Of a stretch of DNA of 64,000 nt, positions 26,586 through 40,460 are shown in pieces (the stretch's first letter is position 1; each line of letters begins with the position of its first letter). The translations under genes and the position numbers were made by a program. Origin of the DNA: Lingula anatina (Eukaryota; Animalia; Brachiopoda); NCBI GenBank assembly GCA_051362555.1, contig CM120643.1, positions 12,312,644 through 12,376,643 on the forward strand. Reading direction: 5' to 3'. The notes below the pieces were generated by a model. That model worked only from the letters and a program-made list of their open reading frames with translations, was not told the origin of the DNA and made no database searches.

Positions 26586-26752
26586 CAGGGGCGGATCCAG
26601 AGATATTTTCTGAGAGTCTTCCAAATTTTCTTTGTTGATCAAGACTCCATTTTTGACCGTCTTCCAACAGAAAAATTGGATACCCATCGATTAAAACTTG
26701 AAAATCTGACCGTCTTATGGAAGACCCAGAAGACGGCCTAAATCCGCCCCTG
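26586..26752. mobile_element. MITE with ~15-bp TIRs and 6-bp TSD
   Basis: CAGGGGCGGATCCAG ... CTAAATCCGCCCCTG flanked by CTTCCG on both sides. Confidence 0.85.
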
Positions 26753-27150
26753 CTTCCGCTAATGAACACATAGTGAACACAGTAAAAGATGCTTCAGTGT
26801 AAGCACCGCTCATACCGGAGGCTATAAATGACACAAAAAGAAAAAAAAAATGCACTACAGCTATTACCAAGCCTGGTGGGCTGAGAAAGAAAAGCATGCT
26901 CGGGGCACGTGCTCTTGGGTTTCTCGACGTGACTTGCTGACGATTGGAAAAGTGTCACTTCAGGGGCTCGTGAGAGATCGACGGAGAGATTTGAATACAT
27001 AGAAGATAGAATATTTCAGGCTGATAGCTTGAAATATCTTGGAAAACATGTTTTATTTTACAAATTGTTAGCATTTTGCTTTTATATTTTATTTTTAAAC
27101 GGGATATATATGCCTAGAAAAAATCTGCCATTACTTCCATACATAAGCCT

Positions 27151-27206
27151 TTATTATTATTATTATTATAATTATTATTATTATAATTATTATTATTATT
27201 ATTATT
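27151..27206. repeat. (TAT)n microsatellite
   Basis: Directly visible. Confidence 0.9.
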
Positions 27207-30200
27207 TTAAGCAGGATAGTCATCCTCCTTTTATGTTGACTACTATCTACTTATTTAAATCTTTCCTTGGTGTAATTCATTACTTAGAACATTTTGTACA
27301 GTTTTTATTCAACTTTACAAATATGTCAGTCACCGTGTTATTCAACCAAGACATACACATAATTGCTTTCCGTTTTATAGTATTATCATAGCGTATAGCA
27401 TCATACTGTGCATCCGTCAATGTTGCAACTCAAAAGATTGACGTGGTAAAGAAAAGACAACTCAGGATATCATTACACATCTACAGATTCCGGTGAGAAA
27501 ACAATTTTCAAAAACACACGAAAAATAGACAAATGAATGAATAAATATATTAATGGTAAAGGAAGAAAGAGATAATTAAACAAATAAAATTATGTGAAAT
27601 CATGTGAAGAGTGGAAGAGTTTCTAAACTATCATATTTTGTTTTCATGAGTTTTAGTTGGTTTTGTGGCTCTTTAGTAATCTTACCGAAGCTTTAATTTA
27701 ATGGTATGTCTAAATTCGGTCGAATTATTTTAACCCGTATAATTCTGTCTCTAATTCTGCTGTTGGCAATTCACCCAGTCGTAAGTATTTATGTTCCACA
27801 AAAAACTAAAAGACAATGATTAGAATCCTAATATTTAAGCCAGAGGCGAAAGAGAAAGAAAAAGAAGACGAAAATATGTGCATGGAAAACATATTAGGGA
27901 AGAAAGGGAGACTTGCGAAAGAAACAAAGCGACAAGTGTGTGAAAGACATTTTGGGGACTTCCAGCTGCAGATTAGTTCTGCTATGAATAAATTAGTGGT
28001 GGGGTGCAAGGGAGAGAGAGATCAGTGATTGAACGAGAAACAATACACGGTCGTGCTAAGGCACAATTTTTCAGCTAATTGCACGGAGGTAGACCGCTGT
28101 GGCTCGTGCAGTGCGCGTGGATGACGTATTAATATGCCGTGCCTCGTTAAAATTCATACATCCCCATGACGCTGTTATTATACTATTGGACAATCCAAGC
28201 ATAGATTTTATAATCTCCTTTGCCGTGGGTCATTAGTTATTTCAAACAACTATATGCCTCTGTTGTTTACTGTCTTATGCAACTAGTTGACAGAAGTAAG
28301 CGATATTTTGATTGGGTTGTATTCTCACGATCTTGTCGAGTTTTCTTTGTCTGCCGTGTATCGCGTGCTTGTGGCTGCCTTTCACCAGCCTAGTGGGCGG
28401 TATGAGCCAAGCTCCAAAGAGGAAGTATTTTACAGAAATTTTACCGAAATTGATCACCTATTTTTGAAAAGGCCGATGTCATTTTTACGAATGTATTCAT
28501 AATTTTGGATAAATTATTTTGGGGTTCTAAGATCCCCCACTTTCTCTCTTTCTCTCTCTCTCTCTCCATGCACTTCACTTTACTAGTACATGTTCCGTTC
28601 AAGCACCTAAGCAAAGTCATGTATGCCTCTGTGGTGACGAGATAATAGAAAAGCTCACACATAGTTAATCTAAAGAATCCCACGGGACAAACTGGGGTCT
28701 ATCAACAGTAATTTATGCTTGAACAACACTAGTTACACGATTAAGGAGAGCATATTGTTTCGCACTTTAAGCAAATTTGATCTGTGAATAAGACTATTGG
28801 CTGAGGGCACGCGCGTGTTTGTATTGGAGACGTGCACGATTGGTGATTTAGTGGCAACTTAATGGCCTGATTGACAAAGATTGCGTTGTTCAAATAGACC
28901 TGCACTCGCTGGAGGTTGGAGCGTATTAAACACATTTTCATTGAGATTTTTTGTTGTTGTTATTTTTGATTGAACTGTGCAATGTAGCCTCTTGTCATTC
29001 TCGTATGAGATGTATTGGTTTAATGGTTACAATTAAAGAGGCGGTAAGTATTTTGGCTACTTAAAGGCCTCTTGATTTTGTTTTATTGGCAACACGTTTT
29101 TCTTGTTTCTTTTTCTTTAAATATTATATTCTTTCGCTAAAGGAGTGGGCGCGACATAAAAGATCTCCAAATACATATAGTTGCACGTGGATCGACATCC
29201 CTTTCATGGATATTAGGGCCTACGCCTGAAAGAAGAACGTCACAACCATCCCCAACATATTTGTCTTTCTCACGTTGTCACACTTGCTACTTTCTCGGAA
29301 ATCCAACTAAACATCTCATTTGACGGCCTCTCGTATGACAACAAGACAATTACGGTCTTAATTTAACAATAAAAAGCATGTAATTTAAGAGAAAATAATT
29401 TGTTCGCTATACATCAGGGGTCATATTAGAAATTAGGACTTCACGTGACAAAAGCGGGACGCGTGCGTTGTTGAACTGGGCTCTATTCAGCGAGGGTCGG
29501 CCGCCGGGCCGCTGTCTCTTTGACTTGGATTGTGGACAAAAGTAGCAATCGATAGCAGTCTATTTTCCCAGGAAAAAAAGAGAGAAAATAGCTCCACTTA
29601 CTTCAATATTGTCTTGTTGGTTCTGTGTTTAATTCCAGTTGATCAGAACGATTTCTGGAGTTAATTTAATTTCAACGTGAGGGAAGAGGAAGGAAAGACA
29701 AAATTCAGAGGAAAGGATGCGGGTGGAGAGCCACAATAGCCACATAGAAAAAAAAATCGCATGGCCCCTCAAAGGGCACGTTCAATTTATTCTTCATTTT
29801 TTCACTAAGCCAAAACTTGCTCCTGAAACTTACATCGTACTCTTTTTCCCTGATAACTTCTTATATATCTGTTTTTATCAAACAGTATTTGTGATAGGAT
29901 TTTTAAAAATTTACCAAGCAACAGTTTTTTTAATAGTTTATTCGTCTACACACACTGGACAATAGAAGTGTCACCCTACTGAACCAATACTTTGGGGGAA
30001 ATAAATGACTGTGGAATGATATGCTCCTGGTATCATTTTATTAACATCAAATTTCACAAAAAGACCAACAATACAATTCCACTCATTAGTCACATTATAA
30101 GTAGACCAGGCATTATAACTTTGATTACTCTGATTCAGGGGGTGACACTTCTATTGGCCAGTGTGTGTACATGCGCAAATTTATGAATATATGAATCTGC

Positions 30201-31659
30201 ATGGAAAATAAAATTTTGATGAGGAAATTTACGTAAATACAAAATTCAAACAACAATAAAGTATAACATCAGTTCAAGTACAAGTATCTAAGTGCAAGTC
30301 TCATTTTCTGAAAATTTTATTTTAACCATGAGTATCGCTAATGAACTTGTTTGGTCGAGGGTTGCTTTTTTACACGAATAATATAAAAAACATTTCGCTT
30401 TACCTCACATTTTTTGTCAGTTATTCTAGACCACAAATGCTTTTTTTATCTTATTTTCTTTGTCCTGCCTTCTCGTTTACTCGACAAAATATTACTGACA
30501 CTTTCATTATACAATTCTGCATAATAATGATGCAATAATTTCCAAAGGTGGATTGTCACTGACATCCTACCAAGTTGTGAATTTTATATTTCAAAGCAAA
30601 GAACAATACGCATCACAAAATGTGCAGTTCGCTAAAGAAAAATTAAACAACAAAAATACAAATCAAATAAAAGGGTAACTAATTAATTCGGTTCTCCATG
30701 TCAAATAAGACAAAAAAATCTCGAGTTTTAGAAATAGGTGAAACAGGAAAGGTAAACGATGATGTGAATATCCCCACTGTCCGCGAGTTCACTAAGAGCT
30801 TTAAATATTACTTTTGAAAGATTTACACCAGGCTATGTCAGTTCATTTGAAGGAGAAATTGTAGAGGTTAATTAACTAGCAAATTAGTCGACGGATTTGC
30901 ACCAGGTAACTTACGACCTTTTGAATGGCAAGTAGTTAGACAACATTAAAGGATTCTTAAAACATTTGCAGTAATAATTTCAGCAGTTATTCTTGAAACA
31001 AACTATAATTAGTTCACGGAAAATAATGTGTGTGTGTGTGTGTGTGTGTGTGCAGTTATATGTAGAATATATAATTGTCACCTGAATTTGAGGTATGTAG
31101 GTGTCTATGCACTGCTGGAAGGATATTCATGGTAGATTGCAAGATTTCACCCCTCCCCCCCTTTATATCCTCCTTGAGCTTGGGGAAAAGCCACAACAAG
31201 AACATTTGAATACACACATCATGTGACACATGACCGTACGGGAGCAATCGCCTCATTCACTAGATTTTGCTCTGTGTGACATTTTTCTTTCGTCCAAATT
31301 GAAATGTTGATTCTGATTTTGCCATGGTTTTGAAAATATATATTATTTATTAAAAAGGAAGATTGAAGTTTGGAGAGAAAATTGTTCTTGTGACAGTGAT
31401 TTCTTTCCTTATAAATATCAGTTTTAAAAGTCTTTTCTTAGAGTAATACTAGACAGGTCTGTTGCGAAAAATTAATTTTTTCCTTTGAAAAAGTGGACCT
31501 TTTTACCATGGTTTTACTTTTAATTGCATAAAACCGAGATCAAATTTTGATTCAGATTGGATCTTTTCCCAGAAACAGATCGGTTCTTTAGACCTCCCCT
31601 CCCCTCACCCCTCCCCGACTATTGCGCCATTTTTACAATCATTTTTACCATCTCTTGCT

Positions 31660-32051
31660 AAGGACGGCTGCGTGCCGCCGCTGCCCACTGTCCACCTCTC
31701 GGATTCCTCACTAGCAAACCGAGTAACCCAGTGCTACCGTATTGAACGAGTTCACCGTCTGCCGGGGCGTTAACTTAATACCAGGACAAAACTCCGCTGA
31801 AAGCTCGCGGCACCACATGCCGCGGCACGCGGGTCAGTGACGTCACGAAGAGTACCGCCTGCATTCTCAGTGCTCTTACAAAAATGAGCGACTTTTCTAC
31901 GAGTGTCAAACGTGTGTTTTGTAAGTTGCTCGGCTGACCGTAATCGCTCCACAAGAGGAACAAATTACCCTGTGCACTCTGACATTCGTAAGCGAACGGC
32001 AAAAAGGAGGCAGAGCCTGAAAGGAACGCTGACAGCTGACGACAATTTAAA
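31660..32051 (+). promoter_or_regulatory. Candidate CpG-rich promoter/5'UTR of ERG-like A with a full CRE
   Basis: GC/CpG-rich stretch directly upstream of the ATG; TGACGTCA at 31838-31845. TSS not determinable. Confidence 0.5.
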
Positions 32052-32172
32052 ATGCAGGGCATTCAAAAACGCGACGACTATTTCGTTGCCGCTAACATGC
32101 AGGGAATTCAGAAGCGTGAGGATTACTACAGAGCCTGTACCTTCAGTGGCCTGCCAGGGATGATGTTTCCAG
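32052..32172 (+). CDS. ERG: ERG-like A first coding exon
   Basis: In-frame TGA at 32037-32039, then aaaATG; [40 protein letters not shown]; donor CAG|gtaaat in phase 1; the internal repeat differs only at third codon positions. Confidence 0.78.
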
Positions 32173-35100
32173 GTAAATGAAAAATTTCTTTATGTCTTGG
32201 AAGGTTATATATATATATATATGGTTGAAGACGATATCTATTGTTATATTTATGACTATTATACATGCAAGTGGATTTTTATTGATTTATCTTTATTTTT
32301 ATTTTTATTTCATAAAGAAATTAACTTTTGTAAAAAGGCGATCAAAATCTATTTGTCTATCTATCTGTCAGATATTTCTGGTAAGAAATGTCGTTTCCTT
32401 TTAACCATGAAGTAAATTATCTTGCTGCATAAAATACACCTGACCAGTCTCTGTCAAATGTTCAAATTGAGCCGTTCGTTGTGTTAGTCCGAAATGTGAA
32501 TATAAATCAAACGTAGCGTCTTTTAAGTAAAACGAATCTAGCTTTAATGATTTTATTACATTTTGCGATTGTTAACGAATGATTATGATTAACGAAAGTA
32601 CCCAAGCCAACAACTCGGGTGATTTTGTGAGTAAAATGAACGAGAGAAAAATAAGCCAACTAAAATAGATCATTTTTGCTTATATCACAAGCACTTAATT
32701 TTCCGCCATGTCGCCTGGCGGGTTGTAGTGGAAATAAAATATGCAAACATCATTCTGCCAAATATTACTGAAGGTTACTAAAGCTCGTCCTTAGACAATA
32801 AAATTGAAGAGGAGACATTTATTATTCACACTATTCCAGGATTCCACTGAAAACGTAATGCCTGTCATCTAGTTATTTACCAATTTTGAGTAATTTGACA
32901 TTTTCTATCAAGTGGTTGATTTTATTGAGAGATTAAAGATACCTTTAATTGAGACATTTTAAATAAGTAAATAAATAAAATTGTATACATTACAAAGAAA
33001 AGCTGCTAGTGATCAATTTCTTCCGCAGTTTTGCATTATGTTAAAATCACAAACTGACGTTTTTAAATGTCAAGGTTTGTACCTTTGGTCGCCTGTTTAT
33101 AATCGGCAGTCATTTTTGACACGTGGGTGTTTATCATATGATATACAAGTTACAAAATGTAAATGTTAATAACTTTTTTGTGTGTTACTCCGTTGAAACA
33201 AATAATCTGATTTTATCTAAAATAAATTTTAAAAAATTATCAGTTTCACTTTCTTTTTAACTTCAAGATAAGACAAAAAGATAATTATTTATTTTGTCAT
33301 ATTCATACAAGTATAAAATGAAAATTTCTGTGATCTCTCGACCAATTTCCCAGAGTAAAAATCAGGTTAAAAGCTACATAAAAAAGTCTGATAAGTTTCA
33401 ATGTGGTCATCAAAATGTTTTGCTCTTGGATAAGAACTATACAGCTTTGCTACGCGCGGAGTTAGTATTGAGGGACCGTAGTCTTGGCATTGGTGTTGAA
33501 TCACCACAATGTGGTGCTAACATCGTGCTCTTTCCAGCTTTAATGCGGCTACAGCAACAGGTATAGCTGCCTCAGTTATTACAAATATCTTAATTACAAG
33601 GATGAAAACATTAACAAGTACCTCAGAAAATCAAAACGGCTTCTCTGAAACTTCCTGCTTAGCATAAAATCTCGAGACCTTGTAATTATATAATGTCAGA
33701 ATATAAAGCCAATAAATCCTGGAAGAAGGTGTGTGTTGCCAGTGAAACTATGGATCATTTCGTGTCCACAATTAAACCCAATCTTCCTTTTCTAATGAAT
33801 TCTAGTATATGAACGTAATAAGCAAAGGGTACCGCAGGCTTACACGTTCAGGATTTCTGGTTAGCGGGAACCGCTGATTGAGGAAGCTCGTTAAAAACAG
33901 TTAAAGTCTATCACTTTGCATTCGACGCAGTTATCAAACTGCAAATGAATTGCCGCAATTAATATATAGTGGGAAAAGAGTATTAAACGAGACTTTATTC
34001 CCGACATAGACGAAACAATGGCCAGTAATGAGCTTGTGATAATCATGGCCCTGAAGTTCACTTATTAAACGCACTGAAGTTTTACACTTATTAATCACAC
34101 TAAAGTAGCATGATTTGTATAACTATAACTGCAGTATGAAGAATTGTAGCAAATCCAGCCAGAAATGTTCTAGTCCCATATTACATTATCAACCCTAGGG
34201 AAAGGGTGTATGGGTATTAACCTCAGGGTATGGGCGTGTTAGTATTAACCCCAGGGAATCGGTGTATGGGTATTAACTCCAGGGTGTGGGCTTGTGGGTA
34301 TTAACCCCAGGGGAGGGTGTGTGGGTATCAACCCCAGGAGATGGGAAAGTGGGTATTAATCCCAGGGGTTGGGTGTGTGGGTATCAACCCCAGGGGATGG
34401 GTGTGTGGGTAATAGCCTTAGGATAGTTGACTGTTATAAGACTGCTGTTTTCGTGTAAATTGTTATTTGGCACTTTATGCAAACGTAATAGTTTCTCCAT
34501 GTATGTTTTAATAATTTTGTATAAAGATTTTGTAAGACGCTCAGTGTCCCCACTGCAGTTTATCACTCTCTTTTCATTATTCGGCAACCTGGGTCAAATA
34601 TTTCAGTTGTTAAATTTTCAGCATATCTAAGAAAAATTACAGTTTTTTATCCTTTCAAATCTACATGATTACCTTTCACTAGGTTTTACTACCCCTCACG
34701 CAGTCTTTAATGCTCGACGTGTAGTTCTAGCAACATTGTGTATGTAATCATAGACTAGCATATATCACCATTCTATTACATTATTTGTTACAAAATGGTA
34801 TTTGTCATTTGCATTTTTAACAAATATGCTTGACTCACTGAAGGTTATTATAATATACATATATATAATGTTAAAATAGCAACTAAAATTAAATCATAGT
34901 AAAGATTCTTATTAGTTTTTATCAGCATTAGATAGAAAAGATTTGTGTTAGTTGTGTTACTACATGTTTGCATGTTCCTTTGAGAAGTGTTAGATATGAA
35001 AGTCCCGTGTTATTTTATACATTATCTCCAAAAGTAGCAAGACCTTAACTGTTCATGTTCCTTACCAGAGTAAGATAGGAAAGGTCCATCTTATTTTATA

Positions 35101-35212
35101 CACTATCTCCAGTAGCAACAAGTCTTTAACCCGTGTTTTTTTCTGTGTAACAGTCTTGTATGGTTCTGTACATTTTGTGGTTTTACCCTTTCCGCTGTGT
35201 ATAATAAATGTC

Positions 35213-35283
<71 letters not shown>

Positions 35284-35586
35284 TTTGATTATTTCTTTAT
35301 CAACTCAAATTTAATTCCTTAATTTACAGATCCGTCTTACGGAAAAGCGCCCTGGACACCTCCCAGCTCCTCACAGACTCAAGGTGAGCATTTTTGTGAC
35401 CATTTAGGGTATTTGGTACCATATAAGGCAATTTCTATTGTCTTTTTTATTTTAGCTAAAAGTCATTCCAAAAGAATATTTGCTCTCATTTCTTTCAGAA
35501 GGGTTTATTTAGCAATTGAAGCCTATTTTTTGTCTTCTCGTGCGTGTCTTTCCGCCTGATTAGACAGATTATGTTCAAGTATCACC

Positions 35587-35623
<37 letters not shown>

Positions 35624-38600
35624 GCACACACACACACACACATAAACAAATAACCGCAGTAAGTCATAGCTTGATGGCATCGGACAGAGTAAACCATGTT
35701 AGCATATACATAGCGTATCAAAGCTACCGAATGCATATAGACCAACTTCGACCTTTTGCGTCAAAGGAAACAAAGGCCAAGCTGAAATCAGATTTTCCCA
35801 GGACCTTGATTTCAGATATTTTTTCTATTGATCCTACCTTGTTGTGTGTGAAAGAGCCCTGCTTACCGACACCATGCTGTCAGAGTTAAAGAACGGACAT
35901 GCGATAGGAAACAATCGATAACAATTCCATTCCTCGTCTTGATCAGCCTAATGAGGAGCCGTGATTAGCTGCAGTAAAGGCCAATTTGGCGAAATTGGGG
36001 AAGGCTGGGGACCGGAAGGAAAACGTTCATTTTCAAAGTACCCTTTCCCGGCGTTTCTTCGCAATTCTGTTTGACGCGTTGCAGTTATCTTCACTGTGTA
36101 CTCAGATGAGGAAATTTCTCTTAACTTAACAATTGACACATGCCTGTACTAGAAGTAGTTGCTTGATATTTTGAATTTTCATTCAATTCGTGTAGCAAAA
36201 AAGCGTAAAGAAATTGCGTACAGAGACCTTGGGAATAGAGGGTTAAGCAATATATATATATAGGGCACTTCCGGACTTCAATAAGTGTTCATTATTAAAT
36301 TATCCTCAAGGTTTCTAATTTTTGGCTATAAGGCATGCTGATGTCTGGTGTTCTTTCTTGATTTGAACTGAATGGATATACTTTTTTGTGAACGTTCTAA
36401 AATTCTATAGACAACGCCCGCCGCGTTTCAATATGCCATTTCGTCAGAGCTGATATTTTAGGTTTCTTTGTTAAGTTTTTCGTGATTAGCACTGTGGTGA
36501 TGTCGTCCGAATCTCTATCCCGGACAAGAAATCCTTTTGTTTTAAAGATATCTTTTTGTTGGAAAGATCGCAAAAAATCCTTTTATTCTTATTAATCTTT
36601 TTCATTTCCAGGGTCTCACCCCATTTTATAGTAGAAAGATATCTAAAAGATCGAATTATATTTTTTTTATTGCTCATATCTCTTTCTTTCTTTTTTGTTA
36701 TTTGATGAGACCCCGAAAATCTAGGAAAGGATGGTTATATATTTATTCTAGTTGAAGTGCTTCTACACGAGCATAATTTATTGTTACGCTGTTAACAGGA
36801 ATTTATTAATCAAGTCAGACACTCATTCAAAGTTAAAAAGATAAATGACGAAAACTATAAATAAATAAATAAATAAATAAATAGCATTCGAACGTGTGAG
36901 CGATTTTTCTGTCAGTTAATTGTTTTTAAATTTACTAATCTGAACTTTTATCTACATTCATCTAAAAAATGAAAAGCATGAATACCACATACATTTTAAA
37001 TCGATAAGGATTATTACTATCAAATATGAAATTTAAGTGGAACGCGGGTCGTTAAGTCAAGCGCTATTGCCCCAAGGACACTTCCCACCAATTAAGTCAT
37101 GCCGTCGTCTGGTAGGACGAAACAGTTAAAATTTATTTGGAAAACTCTTTCTTTTGGAATACATGTAATACAGCAGTGAAGGCTAAAAATAAAGAAGACA
37201 GTCCTTACAGGAAACTTTGTGAAATATTATTTCAGTGCCAGATTTCCGGCAGATTTATATTGTTGAAAGGTCAGGGTCTTAGTACACGCAGACAATGCAA
37301 CAGTATGATCAGAGATCGTCTGCACTATATTCCTATAAATGCAGAGGTTAATAAAATAAGACGAAACCCCGGGAACTTTGACTCACTTTAAGACTCATCG
37401 GAATTGTTGATTAACTTGATGCATTTTCACTCTAGCGCTCAATTGCCCCTTAGTTTCTGTTCCTAATATTTCCATGAAACTCTTTTAGCCTTGTTATTGA
37501 TCTGTTAGCGTTTAGCATGAGTCTCCACTCAGACGTGGAACGCGGTGACGAAGTAACATGTGCGGCCATCTGAAATACGTGCTTTTTGGTGTACTTTGCT
37601 GGTCGTTGTTAACTAGCAGGCTATATTTGGTATAGTGCTGAGAATACAAATTGACGTATATAAAACCTCCCGAACATTGATTTAAAAAGAAGTTTGCTGA
37701 ATCCGTTTTTATTTACTGTCATTTTTGGTTTTGGCCAAGGAAGTGATAGCAAATAAATGGTGGCGGTGGTGGGGAGGGGCTTGCTTTTATGATTAAATTT
37801 ATACACACAAAATTATTAAATCTAAAATGATTGAATCATAGATTAAAATTAAACGCACGCAATGTTTTTTTAGTAATTACATTACATATTGTTTAGATTA
37901 ATGGATTCTCTGAGCATACTTAATGTTATAGCCACATAATGACGGATATTTCATAACAATTTATTGAATTATTCATAAAACCGTTTGTTGTGCTCTTTGT
38001 GTTTTGTATTCATGATAATGTCGGTTATAATTCATTTCCAGCGCCGTATCCGACTCCCAATCCGCTATCTTGCATGACGAAGCCGCCCGCCATGGATGTT
38101 TCTCCTCCCCAATGGCGACCTCAGGGTGAGTCTCCCCCCCCCCCCCTCTCCCTCTCTCTCCCTTTCACCCTTCCTCTCTCTCTCTCTCTCTCTTCGACTT
38201 GTACATTTTCATACAGTTTTACCACTGATACACAGAAAATATTTTTATGGCATCATTCCGTGATTCGCAGTTACAGCAAATGATACATTTTCTAAAGAGA
38301 AGTGCAGTAGATCGTCTTAAAGTTAGCTCATTTTTCTACTGAAGCAGGTGCGTCGAGTATGGCCTACGACTTTGTGTGCTCAATCCGATATGACGCACCT
38401 GTAATAGGACCGCTTAAATCGTAACCGGAGCACAAAGCCACATTGCTTTTGAATATTAAAAGCGAAATTACTTCATATTTGTTTACAACTTAATGGTCTT
38501 AATCATCAATTTCAGATCCCTATCATATTTTTGCCCCGACCAGCGGGAGACTTTCGACGCCTGGTGAGTTAGAAAATATTTGCTTTGTCCTTCACATTTT

Positions 38601-40412
38601 AGGAGAATATATTCACGAAATAAATGTTTTTGTATCGACTTCAACATATCAGACTATTGCTTTCAAACGGATGAAATATTTTCTTTGTCTTCAACGCTTT
38701 GGATATAAATTGTCGGTGAGAATTTTTACAGGCCATTTCGATAGACAAGGACTATTATGCTGCTTTGTTTTGTATGTTACGTGAAGTTTCTTCGGTGTTG
38801 TGATTACTGACCAGACCCCCCCTCTCCTCGCGCACATGTGTTAACTTTGTCACGATATTTTTAAAGCTTTTCAATTTCTTCTAAATTATTTGATTTTTTT
38901 AGATAAGCATTAATGCGGTAGGAATTTCCTCAAAGGTCCTGAGCGTTATTATATAAATATTAGTGTTTTTTTTTTCAAATTCATTTAATTATTCATTTGC
39001 TATAGTGTATTTGGTAATTATCCATGTATTTGTTTATCAATACATTAGTCATCATTTCATTAATTGATTAATTTCTTACTTGGCGTTCTTGGTTTCTTTT
39101 AATGTTAATCTACAAATTATCTTCCATTATATCGTGTACGTAAAAGCCGCGTCGTTTTTCCATTTTTTACAATCTTGAAATCATTAATACTGAGTGATTT
39201 TTTATCAGCCCTTCACAGCGTTCTTGCAATCAAACGAGATACCATTTTTCTGTCCAGTCGAGACGAGTTATATTGTATTTCTATTAAGCCTATTTGATTA
39301 TATTTGACAGGTGCATCTCACGGTTGATGTAAAGGATTTAGTAACTATTCAGCCGTGTCCTGAGTTATAGACTAAATTTCTTTTTGTATGACGTCACTAG
39401 GTTGTTCAGAATCCACCCTACTCTGTCAAGACATCATTTCCCTCTGGAAGCTTTATGTGTCTCGTGCAATGATAATAACCCCGTTGCAAGCCACCCTATA
39501 ATTTCTTTCTTTCTTGTTCGGAGTAAGATATTTGCCTTAAATATGTTATGTATAAATGCAAGATTATAATTGCACTACATTTAGATGATTCTTCCCGCAT
39601 TTGTGCGAAACATATCCAATCCCATTTTTACACATTGAGCCGAGTTCTTTTAAAAGTGAAACTATTCTTGTCCTGAATACAGGAAGAAGAAGCTTAAGGA
39701 TATTGCTAGCCTTTGCCAAAATCTCCTTATTCACTGCCTTACATACATTCTTTTGGGTGAAAGATAAATTTTCAGTGTGCAGTGACTAAATTAATTAACA
39801 TGTTAAAATTAATTAACATGTCATCTTACAGGTGACGTCATAATATCGATTTGGGGGTAGAAATGAAAAATCGGTTTTCCAAATTTCTCCTTTACCTGAG
39901 CATGAAGTATATATATGTACATATAGTACTTCCATGACCTGAGCACCCACGAACACCGTTTTAACGCCACTTTAATGATACGATTTAGTGCTTAAAAACC
40001 CTATCAGCGATTTTTCTGAAAAGCCTTAGTTCAGATTTTATCGATGGTAAGGCAAAATAATACCTTTGTTTAATGAAAATATTGTAATTAGGGGCTCATA
40101 ACTCCATAACATAACCAAAATGACAGCACAGAATTGTAGCCCATTGACTTGTGGTCAACTATGCCGATTTTCGTAATAAAATCTTGTTTACAATACCCTT
40201 AGTTGAAACCGACTCCTATACTCATTTTAAGGTAAAAGGTGAAATGTTGTTAAGATGACACTTAAACCTATTCCTAAAATTAAACTTAACTTTTTTAGAA
40301 TGGATTAAAATCATATAAAAATAGATTTGAAATTGAAATCACATACTAATGTTAAAGATCAATTTTAATCTTTTTATCGCTTTAACTTTTTGTGGTTTAA
40401 TGACATACATAG

Positions 40413-40460
<48 letters not shown>

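Noticed and set aside
13378-34411. Short repeat arrays as possible CRISPR arrays
   Set aside because: Head-to-tail repeats without unique spacers, no cas genes, eukaryotic context.
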